From the human T2T-CHM13v2.0 reference genome, Homo sapiens: a stretch of 64,000 nt of DNA. The stretch's first letter is position 1. Each line of letters opens with the position of its first letter. The stretch lies in assembly GCF_009914755.1 (NCBI RefSeq), contig NC_060925.1. The stretch is one strand, 5' to 3'. The translations under genes were made by a program, and so were the position numbers. Positions 1 through 11,895 of this stretch are shown piece by piece. The notes beneath the pieces are model-generated. The model had not been told where the DNA came from and made no database searches. It worked only from the letters and a program-made list of their open reading frames with translations.

Positions 1-497
1 TATTTCTATCCATTATTTTGGGTTTCTCCTAGAGTTTCAAGTCTCTGGAGGAAAGTCAGTCTGGTCCAGTTCACTTCTACATAGGTGAATGAAGAAAAAA
101 AAAAAAGAAAACTAAATTCTGACTGATGCTTGGCAAGGAGAGGCCCTGACAAAGTTCCTGGCCTCTATAAAGTCCAAATGTGCTAACGCAGATTCACCCC
201 TTGTATTAGGGAATCAGAAAACAAAGTCATTCACTCCACAGTGTAACACTTATGGGAAGATTCACACCTAATTAGGCCCTTTGAGTTAAAGGTCTATCAG
301 GTTTCTGTTGCTGTATGGGCAGGAGGTTGAAAAGATTCAGGTAGCATGTTCTCCAGGCCATTGAGTGCCAAAGGAATGTTTCTTGATTGTGAAGTGCCTC
401 AGAAGTGTAGGATAAGGCTCTGACAACTTCCTAGGGCAGGCAGTTGCTGCCTACTTCAGTGAAGCTTTATCAAAGTGTTAAGTCTTGGGTACAGAGA

Positions 498-1198
<701 letters not shown>

Positions 1199-1324
1199 AA
1201 AGGGTCATGACTGAATTCTCCATTCCACTGGTGCCACATCTCCCTAATGAGAACATTGTGCAGTATTCTTAAGGAAAAGAAAATTGGCAAGCATCAAGTT
1301 CATTAAAGATAATATAACTAGATT

Positions 1325-1573
1325 TGGATAAGGTCATGGAATGGAGCCAATAATGGTATTATTACCTTTATAAGGGGATGATGAGACCAGAGCACTTTTT
1401 CTCCACCATGTGAAGATACAGAAAGGTGTCTATCTGCAGATTAAGAAAGAGGGTCCTCACTAGGACTCTCAGTCAGCTTGGACTTCTCAGTCTCTAGAAC
1501 TGTGAGAAATAAATTCCTGGTATCTAAGCCACCCAGTTTATGGTAGTTACTGGGTCTGAGAAAACTGAGACAG
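1325..1573 (+). mobile_element. MLT1A-like LTR fragment
   Basis: ccatgtgaagataca...ggacttctcagtctctagaactgtgagaaataaa...aagccacccagtttatgg...actgagaca. Confidence 0.65.
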
Positions 1574-3004
1574 AGGTCTGCTCTTCACAAAACCAATAAT
1601 CCTATTTTGAGTAATACTGATACATTCTTCTAAAACAATTGGTACCCATGCCCCTATACTCAGAAATTCTATCTTCTCTAATGCCAAAGAGTGCAATTCT
1701 CAAAAAGAGAGGGAAATTCCACAATTGTAAGGTGATATTTCTGTGAGATATTTGACATCTGCTCTCATTAAAGAAAAAAAAATTACATACTTAATTTCTG
1801 TTGGGGCAATTGCCCTTATGTGCACAATTCATATGCAGTTGAAGATAGTGATGAGTGTGTTCTAGGCAGAGAAGAACAGTTATGAAAGCATAACCACAGA
1901 GACAGACAGAATACAAAGAACTGCAGTATTTAGTATGAGAGAGGTTTAGGGAAGGTATAGTCTGATGGCAAGAGGTGAGAAGGAAGGAAGAGAAAGTAAT
2001 TCACAAGGACCTGGGATATAAAGCTGAAGAATTTCAGATTTACTCTGAAGGCTTTTTCTCTGTTGTGGTTGTTTTGTAAATGTAAATTTATTTTTGTTTA
2101 ATCACAATCTATTTCTCAGAGTATCTACCTCTTGGAAGTTACATGGAACAACAGCAGTTACAGGTATTCACTGTCATTATATTTTAAAAGCTTTAAGTTT
2201 ATGAAAATATATTATGTAGGCACTCTAAGTATTTGATGAATTGCAGTGAATATTATAAAATTATTCAACAATGTAACCTGTGCACTAGAGGGATGAGAGT
2301 TAAATGATTTAATTTTTATAAGCAAGAAGAGAGTATAAAAAAAAATACGACCCTTGAAATATGTTGTGGAATTCTCAGTTGCAAAGATCAAGTTAAAACA
2401 TAATTAAAGATAATTCTTAAAGTTTTTAAATGAATGCTATATTAGATTTTTTTTAATGAAAATGGTCTCTGAATCTATTTGGAAAATACTTTGAGACTAT
2501 GTGATAAGTGATCAATTCAAATTTAAGCACTGAGTCAAACTATGGAGGTTTTATCTATATCCCTAAAATATTTATGGATCTACTTTATTCCTTATGAGTG
2601 AATTACCGCTGAGTTGAGTTCTTCACTTTTGGGTTTAACTACGAGTCTTTCAGAGAAAGCCTTCCCATGACAGGCCTGAAATGTCACAGTTCACCTTTTT
2701 TGCATCCTTATCCATTGGCTTCATCCTCACTTCATTTATTTCAACAGAATGCTGACATTTGTCTAATATTATTTCTAGGTTATGACTCCCAGGCTTTTGA
2801 CCTTTATCCTCCAATCTGAAATGTCCTTTTCATAGGTCATCTCTTGATATAATAGAAAATCTCTTTTCAGTAGAATACTCCCTTGCCCATACTTTCTACA
2901 TGTGGGCAGTGGAACTGGAAAGTTCCCTGTCAATTTACCAACTTACTTCATTAGTTGTCTTATTTTAATGAAATAGTATTATATGATAAAATAATTATAT
3001 ATAA

Positions 3005-3400
3005 TGTTGAAGGAAAAATTATACTGACACTTCTTAAAACACTAAAGAAGACTATTCAGGACTGTTACAATAGTGTCAAGACTATAGCAATAGGGGAGAA
3101 AGGTGAGACTCAACTACAAAAACATAAGGACAAGTGAAGATTTATAGATAGCAAGCATACTCAAGTGGTCAGTGGATGGAAAATTATTAAAAGGAGACTT
3201 CAGGGATAGAGGAATCCTAGCTCAACTGATTTACTGGAATTCTTGCTGAAAGCAGGCTAGAGTGATCAGATATCAGGTGTGGGGGGATTCTTACTAAACT
3301 AACTTAGCAGGATTTATCCTAAAAGTGGCCTCATCTGGTTGAAGACAGGCCCAAGAATGAGGCTTACTTAAAAAATGGGCTTAGAAAAGCCGAACTAAAA
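3005..3400. mobile_element. Probable ERV1-class (MER4-group) fragment
   Basis: Resembles MER4-group sequence (ggtcagtggatggaaaattattaa; repeated actaaactaacttagcaggat-like motifs). Family and orientation uncertain. Confidence 0.35.
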
Positions 3401-5220
3401 TTTTGTGATCTATACTTCAGTAATCTATACTTCATCTTTCTTTTTATAAGAAATATGTGGCCACACACTTATTTGTTTTTTAATCCGTAGGCTAATCCAG
3501 AGGAATTTGTTAGATAAATTATCAATATTTCTGTGGAAACTGCTCTTCAACTAATGCAAAATAAAATTAGGTTTTTGGTCAAAACATTCAAACTCAACCT
3601 CACATATTCATCTTTTGATATTTGTTTCCGATTTTTAAAAACACATTATTCCTTGTCAATATGTGTGTAAAAGATTTTTATGACTAGAAATTATGCTTGC
3701 TCCCTCAATGTCTTTGAATTTTAATTTTTTTCCCATTTAAACGTTCTTTCTTTAACTCTCTGTCTAGATTATCTGACATATACATATATATCTGAGCTAC
3801 TTAGATCGGGCTGAAACTCACTGATGATTTATTATCCTCTTCAACTAATACCATATAAACAGTGATATGCCCCTCTTTGAAGGGGATGTTTGGGCTAAAT
3901 ACAATATAGTAAGGAATTATATTGGCAGCCTATATTCATCTATCTGGTTATTTTATGTTCTTTTCTTATACCCATCTCGAAACCTGTGAACACTATTCTA
4001 AGGATAATACATTTGTCTTTATTTTTCCGGTAGTTTCCTCCTGGAAAAGCCTATTTTTGCATAATTAGAAGGAAAACAATCTTGACTTGTCTGACCAAAA
4101 GCACAAACTTTCTATAAACATCAGAAAAAGTATTCTAAACTACTTTGATGCTTTTATTTATTTTCCTAAATTTCAACAAATAGTCTGCAATTTTCTGGCC
4201 ACTTGTGATATACCACTGGGCTTGGTGAATCTTGGCCTCTGATATTCTTGTCAACCTGTGCAGCAGAACTTTTATAGAAATTTTCTAAATCAATGTTGAA
4301 TAATGTCAGAGGCTGCAGTTTGGATGGCCTCCCTCTCATATCATAAATGCCACTGTTAACACACCTTGTATCACTGTGCTGGTTATTGCGTCTTCTTCCG
4401 ATATATCACTAAAATAAGCAGGACAGCTTCTATTTCAAAAGCCTTAGAAGTCGTTGCTCATAACCAAGACCATTAGATGAAGAGGCATTTTTACTCTGTA
4501 AGCACTTGAGTGCATTGCTCAATTCTTCTGTCTGTTATTCCATGTGTTTTTTTTATTTCTTGTTGCCCGATATTCACCTATGTATTTTTCTCTTCAGCTC
4601 TGTGAAATAGTCTTACATTCACAGCCAAACATCATAAAAAAGTTGTCTTCCATTTCCTTCTCCAATAGTACAATGATTGTATACTGGTTCAATTATCCCA
4701 ACAAAATCCCAAATAAAATTTTAATTTTCAAACTAATGTGCAATCTGAAAGAAAAAAAATTACTGGGGCCAAAAACTATGTAAAGTCAGGAACACAAAAA
4801 ATTAAGGAAAGTACTAAAGTCAGCTTTGACTGTAAGAAATTGTAATGTGCAGGGATCCAGCTGCTCCTTGGGTAACCTCTCTAGTATGGTATCTGCTTAG
4901 CTGTTCTTTGTCAGGGTTGGATATTTTGTCGTAATCCCAGCACATTTTACTGATAATCACAAGCCTTCTCACTGTCCCTGGTCTGGAAACTTTTTATCTG
5001 CCGCTACCTTGCTCCAACTCCAGACTCTTCCATCCCACTGTCTCACCACTTCTGAATATCATGAAGGTCCAAAAATGTTCACCTGGTTTCTTTATACTAT
5101 CTACTAGGGTGAAGGATTCTGTAAAGTTGTCCTTACGCCCAACTATCTTCCTCAGCAATTGCTATTCTATTAATCTTGTGTGATTTTGAACCCAGTACCG
5201 TCCTAACATGAGAATTTTCT

Positions 5221-5333
5221 AAGAAACAAAGAAGAAAAGAAGAAAGCAAGCAAACAAGAGAGGGAGTGGGGAAGGAGAAAAGAAAAAATGAGGGAGGGAG
5301 GGAGGGAGGAAGGAAGGAACGAAGGAAGGAAGG
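5221..5333 (+). repeat. GA-rich low complexity, (GGGA)n/(GGAA)n
   Basis: Read directly. Confidence 0.9.
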
Positions 5334-5626
5334 AGCAGGGCGCAGTGGCTCATGCCTGTAATTCCAGCACTTTGGGAGGCCGAGGTGGGCAGATCACAAG
5401 GTCAGGAGCTCCAGACCAGCCTGGCCAACATAGTGAAACTCCGTCCCTACTAAAAATATAAAAATTAGCCAGGCATGGTGGCATGTGCCTCTAGTCCCAG
5501 CTACTCAGGAGACTGAGGCAGGAGAATCGCTTGAACCCGGGAGGCGGAGGTTGCAGTCAACGGTGATCTTGCCACTGCACTCCAGCCTGGGTGACAAATT
5601 GAGACTCTGAAAAAAAAAAAAAAAAA
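5334..5626 (+). mobile_element. AluS
   Basis: Full dimeric Alu with poly-A tail, embedded in a purine tract. Confidence 0.95.
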
Positions 5627-5789
5627 GAAAGAAAGAGAGAGAGAGAAAGAGAGAAAGAAAAGAAAGAAAGAAAGAGAAAGAAAGAAAAAGAAAGAAAGAA
5701 AGAGAAAGAAAGAAAGAAACAAAGAAACAAAGAAAGAAAGAAAAACAAGGAAGGAAGGAAGGAGAGAGAAAAAGAGAAAGAGAAGAAAG
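5627..5789 (+). repeat. (GAAA)n/GA-rich compound microsatellite
   Basis: Read directly. It is the source of the F/L/S-rich minus-strand ORFs. Confidence 0.95.
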
Positions 5790-6067
5790 GTGGGAACTGC
5801 TCACAGACTGGTTTTTGTACATCCCCCCGCACCTATTTGGATCTTTCCAGCCACCCTGTACCTCAGGGTGTTGGTTCTAAGGTAGAAATGAAGGAATTTT
5901 GTCTCACAACTTATTCTGATGCTCCTTTACCGTGATGTTCGCTACCTTGCTTTTATCTTCCTTCTCTCTTTTAAACCTATCTCAGCCCAAAACATGAGTT
6001 TCTTTCTCCTGTGAGTTGATCTCAATTTTTCCCTGTTCTCCAATCAAATGTAACCAATACTGTAAGC

Positions 6068-6290
6068 CTTCATTCACTTATTTGTTCAAAAATATATTGA
6101 GCACCTGTCGTCAGCCAGGACTATTCTAATTCCTAGGGACTTAGTGATAAAGAAGATAGATAATATTCCTGACACAATCTAGCTTACTTTGTAGCAAGTG
6201 GAGATAGATAATATACAACTTTAAAATAATATAAATAAAGGGAATATCAGATGATTAAGTGCTATGCACATGTTTAATCCAAGATAAATA
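6068..6290 (-). mobile_element. L2 3' fragment
   Basis: ttcattcacttatttgttcaaaaatatattgagcacct matches the reverse complement of the L2 terminus. Confidence 0.6.
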
Positions 6291-6299
6291 CATATAGAG

Positions 6300-6840
6300 T
6301 AACTTTAATTCTCATAACAATCTTATAGATAAGTAATGTTTGTGTCCCAATTTTTAGGTGAGGAAACAGTCTCAGAGAGTGTTAACCAATTTGGGAAGAG
6401 TCATACTCAGATAGTGATATGGTTTGCCACTCAAATCTCATCTTGAATTGTAGCTTCCATAATCCCCATGTGTTGTGGGAGGGATGCCTTGGGCAGTAAT
6501 TGAATCATGGGGGTGGGTTTTTCCCATATTGTTCTCTTGATAGTGAATAAGTCTCACAAGATCTGATGGTTTTACAAAGGGCATTCCCTTGCACATGCTC
6601 TCTTGCCTGCCACCATGTAAGATGTGCCTTTGTTCCTCCTTCACCTTCTGCCATGATTGTGATGCCTCCCCAGCCACGTGGAACTGTGAGTCCATTAAAC
6701 CTCTTTGTTTTTATAAATTACCCAGTCTTGAGAATTTCTTCCTACTAGTATGAAAATAGGCTAATACAGATAGTATGTTGTAGAGCCAAGGTACAAATCT
6801 AAGCAGTATGACTCCAGAGAAACTTCTCCTGACTACTAAG
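6300..6840 (-). mobile_element. MIR split by THE1 insertion
   Basis: ttaattctcataacaatc...ttttaggtgaggaaacagtctcagagag before the LTR and agagccaagg...tgactccagag after it. Confidence 0.6.
6415..6768 (+). mobile_element. THE1 (THE1B/C-like) solo LTR
   Basis: TGATATGGTTT...CTAATACA termini and 5-bp TSD GATAG on both sides. Confidence 0.92.
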
Positions 6841-9800
6841 CTATCCATCTCAACAAATGGGAGGTATAGTATTTATAAATATTAGTATTATGATCATTCT
6901 CAGTCTCTTCTCTTACACTAAACTTATTCTTCTCATTTATTTGTGTAAGATTTACTCTTAAAGATTTTTATTGCACTTATTTCTGGGCACTTGACTTTCT
7001 TAGCAATGCCTGTCGCTGTTTTATGGCATTGTCTTTGACGATTTGCATAGATATTAGAACTTCCTTCCAGCCAGAAATGTTTACACACCATTATTCCTCC
7101 CTTAAGTGTAAAACCTAAAGTACTTTTATTTCTTATCCTCCTTTCTTAGTATTATGTTCTACCCAACTTCACATTATACTCAATTTGTGTAGACTTCCAT
7201 AATATATCTTTGGTTATTTTCTATGTCATCAATAGTTTCTCTCCCTAAATAAAAAGCACCTTTGTGGTGGTTATTCCCATTTTTACCTTGTCACTATATT
7301 TAATCACCATGTTTCCCTGTCCAAATATGTCTCTAACTTTCACCGAAATCATGAATAGTCACAGAATTCTTTGAAGCAATTCCATCACCTTTCCTTCTCT
7401 CCATAGATCATATTCAGTAAGAATCATCATTTAGCATCAACTTTAGGGACAAAATGCTATGAAATAGTTTTAATATTCATGTCCTCCTTTTTATTAATGT
7501 AATTTCCAAAACAGATTCATCTTTTCAGTAGACCTTAAGTGCTCATAGACCTCCTTGTTTCCAGTGATTTCAAACACAATACATTGTCATTGATTCTACA
7601 CTAACTGAAATAAAAAGTAGAAAGAACAATCTGGCAGCATAAGTTCTCACTATAAATTTTTCTCAAAAGGTCTTCAAAATTATTTAACGAGGTACTTCTC
7701 TTGTCTCCTGCTCAATTGCATTCTCTTCCTCACCCTTTCCCTGCTTTATTTTTTTCCTTCATAATTCCCATTCTGTCACTCCTACCTATATTTCTCCATT
7801 ATATCTAATGTAAGAATGGGTTTATTTGCTTTTAATCCCCTCTAGTATCCCTCCACTTAAATGCTGCCAAATGTGTCTGAGAAGCTCACTGTGTTCCTCT
7901 CAGCAGCTGAAGGAGCAACTGGCGTTCAGAATGCAGGTATCCCAATTCTGGCGATCTGCCTCTGATACTGCCACTCTACATTTATTTCTTCACCTGATTC
8001 TGCATTACTTGTAAAACCAGTCATTACTATTCTCTATAGCTGAATCCATTTCTTTGTATTAATGTAACTTCTAATTTAAGTTGTTATTTTTTTCCTTATA
8101 AAATGCTACAGGTAGGTAAAAATTGTTTATGATTTGTAACATTCCCATAAGCTATTATTCCCACTTACAAAGATTTAAAAGAAGAAAAAGAGGTCAAATT
8201 ACCTTCTCAAGCTCACCAAGCCAGAAAATGACTGACAGGCCTAGCATATGGTTCATTCCTCAGAGAACCACATCACTTCTAAGTTGCAATATAATAAATG
8301 TTATAGTTTTAAAACATACTACACTTAAAAAAAGTCAAGGCACTACAACAAAGTATTTATAAAGATTTAACTGAAAGTGATGCTATGCTTTGCAAAAATG
8401 CTTAATTTCAACTCCACATAATATTTCCTTTACTTAAACTTTCAAAAAAAAATTTTGCCCTGAAACTTGTTGATGAGACAAACATAGCTTTTCTCTGGTG
8501 ACAAATAAAATGATGCTATGTTGGTTCTTCATCACAATCATATCATCATAAAAGTGTTGGCATAATTAAGGATTTTAGTAGAATTAAACTTAAAATGAAT
8601 ATTCATGTGATTTTGAATAAATTGCTGAAACATTTCCTATGAGTACTAGACTTAATTCACAGGTAAATTAATTCAAAGCATGTAAATTTAACTTTCAGTA
8701 CTTCAACTTACATCAAAGTTAAAATGAAATTTTAAATAAATCTTTCTTAATAATATGAATAGAGTCACATCAAACAAGCAGCTTCTATGTTACTTCTGGC
8801 AATATCAATCCCCTCTCATTTAAATGTAATAATGTTTAATAACTATTTCATTGTAGAACTTTCAACAGGATAATAATCATAATTTCTTGTAAAAAGAAGT
8901 TTAAAATTAGTTGTCAAAATTCCATTCCAAACATCAACTTTTGAAGGATTCTAAACACCATATTAGGTTATCTGATGATATATTTTCTTACAAGCTATGT
9001 TTGGGGCAGTAATTAAGACTTTATTTTTGTGTTAGTAAGAATGGGTAAGATTATATTGTAGTAACAAGTAACTCCCAAACCTCAGTGACTTAAATCCAAA
9101 ATACTGCAGTGTTAGTTTGCACTACATGTGTAGTAAGGGGAATGACATAAGGCTCAGATCATTGCAGTCCACTCAGGCCCTGTACCAATAAGGCCACCTC
9201 ATCACAATTGCTCTTTCTGTCTGGGAACAATGCCGCACCACTGCTCACCTAACCTCCCTCTTCCCCAGATGCATTATATTGTTTTTTTTTTTAATTTTCT
9301 GTTTAATTGTCTTTCTTCTTCCTTATGGCTCCCAATCTCTCTTCTTATCTCTAACCCCATAGCTCCATCATACCTGATATATCATTTTCGGAGTTATTTA
9401 TTATTTTTTCTTTTGGAGGTTTCCAGTCATTATTAATAATAGCAATGTGCTATATTTCTATCTAAATCTAGTAAGATACAATGAGTTCTGAAGTTTGTTA
9501 CACTGTGAATCAACTGCTCATCCATAGAGTGATATGCCACTTCTGCCCACAGGGCACTGGACATAAAAGGTCACATGATTATACCCAACAACATTGACCT
9601 ATAAAACATAATCCTGCTGTAAGCCTGGAGTACAGAGACAGAAATATTTTGTGAACAGTATTACTTGCTGGACAGTCGATTGTCTGGCCATCTGTTTGAC
9701 TCATTTCCCCTTCCAAGGCAAAATATACCTACTCTCTCTCAAAGGAAGATAAGTCTCATAAAGTTAATTTCAAACCTCAAAGTCCATGTTTCCAATTAGC

Positions 9801-11213
9801 AGTAGTCACTTGCTTGGGTCGAGATATGACCCCTGAACCTTGAGCCAGACATACATTACAAAACTTTATGTCCTTCCCTCAAATAAATATGCAATGATTG
9901 ACAAAAATAAGCCTCCCATTCACAAATGGGAAGAAAGGAAATACACAGATGTTATTAGTCTACATCAATTCTGAAATTCAGAGGGCAAAATTCATGAGAA
10001 GACCCTTTATTTGTTGTGGTCAATTTCTCTCAATTAGGCTTGGTTCTAGTCTTGGGAAGTTCCGGTCTTTGGTCTCTTTGATCTTTGGCTCTGCCTCCAA
10101 AGATATCTTTCCTCTTTTGTTATCTCACTACATCTGAAATGGGCATTGAGAAGTCTGACTTCCTTAGGGGCTAATCAGCTTTCTTAACCTGCTTCTGTAG
10201 AAAGTTGAGGACACAAGAGTTAAGTTTTAAATAGTCACAAATGTTTTTAGCCTAGGATCAGAGTTTCTTTGATAGTGTAACACTCTCAATAAGTTAGCTT
10301 CAGATCTACTTGATGACAGCCAGTTCCATGTGCCATGAGCTACAGTCAGACTCAATTTCAAAATATGCCTCTCTCTCAATTTAACTATAGGTACTTTGAG
10401 ACTTTTTTGGGCTTAGTGAGAAAGTCATACCCTTAGTCTTTTTTGCTAAGGCATTTGTCCATTCAAATGGATATACTTCCCATCATCTTAATCCACAAAG
10501 AGATTACAACAGTGAATGTGATCGCAAAACCCTTAATTGCATTCTTGCTGCATAGCTGTTGTAATTGACCTTTTTTATTCAGAGAATTTCTCTATATTAA
10601 TTTGTACTGGTCAGCGTTGACAAGTAACTGCCTTTTCCAATCCTATGACTTCTCACATTGTTGGACTCTCTCTAGACTTTCACTCCTGCTTACAAGCAAG
10701 CCCAATTATTTTCTGAATCCATCTCTTTCTTGTGTTATCTACTCAAATGCAGCCAACAGTAACCAACATACATTTCTAACATTCTATTTCTCAAATACTT
10801 TTCCTATAGTTGCAGGGTCAGAAGATAAATTATCTACATTGCAAATTATCACATTTGACAGTTTTAGCATGTGTTTCTCCACTACACAACATAAATAAAT
10901 GTCTTTCTAGTTACTAACAACAGCTTTCTCACCACCTAAGCAAATCACTTGAAGCAATGTAAAATACGTTATTTTGTTATTATAGTCTCTTGCTTGTGGT
11001 GCCAAATTTGTATCAGTTAGAATAGGCTACTTTAGGCTATAGATGAAAAAAAGAAAAAGATAAAAATTCTAAATCTCAATATTTTAAAAGAATGGTTTGG
11101 TCTTTTTTCCCTTCTTATAAGTACACTGTGGTTTGGCAAGAGTGTTGTACACATAATCTTCATTGAGGAAATTTGTCTGCCAGAGCAGACAATCTTAAAT
11201 ATTGCTGTTCACC

Positions 11214-11278
11214 TTATTTATTAGTTTACTGATACTTTATTTATTAGTTTACTGATGATTATTTATTAGTTTTCTGAT
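11214..11278. repeat. 3-copy tandem repeat of TTATTTATTAGTTT(A/T)CTGAT
   Basis: Copies start at 11214, 11237 and 11259. Confidence 0.9.
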
Positions 11279-11895
11279 GCTTTGTAAAATACTACCACAA
11301 ACTCAGTGACTTAAAACAATATACTTCTGTTGCTTCAGAGTTTTTGTGGGTCAAGAACTGAGCACAGTCTAACTGCATTCTTTGCTCAGGGTCTCACAAG
11401 ATATCAGTCATGGTGTCAGCTGATCTGCATTCCTTATGGAGTCACGGGCCTCTTTCAAACTCATATCGTTGTTGGAAGAATTCAATTCCTTATGGATCGA
11501 GGACTGAGGCCCCATTTTGATTGTTGACTGCTAGACAGAGGATGCTTTTAGGTCCTAAGTGTCACTCACAGTTTTTATCACATGTCTCTCTCATGGACAA
11601 AATTATAACTCACTTCATTAAGGTAAGGCCAGCAGGAGAATATGTCTTTTAAGGGATAACTTGAGTAGGTCAAGCTCACCTAGAATAATTTTGGTTAATA
11701 CAAAGTCAACTGATTAGAGACCTTAATTACATTTACAAAATCCCATCAACTTTGCCATATAATATAATCTACCACAGGAATGATAAGCCACCATGTTCAC
11801 AGATCTTGTCTACATCACAGGGAGGGGAAGATCTATGGGAATTATGCAAGCAGCAGGAATCTTAGGGTAATGGATTGTAGATTTCTGCCTACCAC
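11260..11895 (-). mobile_element. MLT1E-like LTR
   Basis: taccacaaactcagtgacttaaaacaa...aaagtcaactgattagagaccttaattacat...ttctgcctaccac. Confidence 0.7.

Noticed and set aside
5501-5832. Three overlapping hydrophobic F/L/S-rich ORFs
   Set aside because: They translate the (TTTC)n microsatellite plus an antisense Alu and are not membrane proteins.
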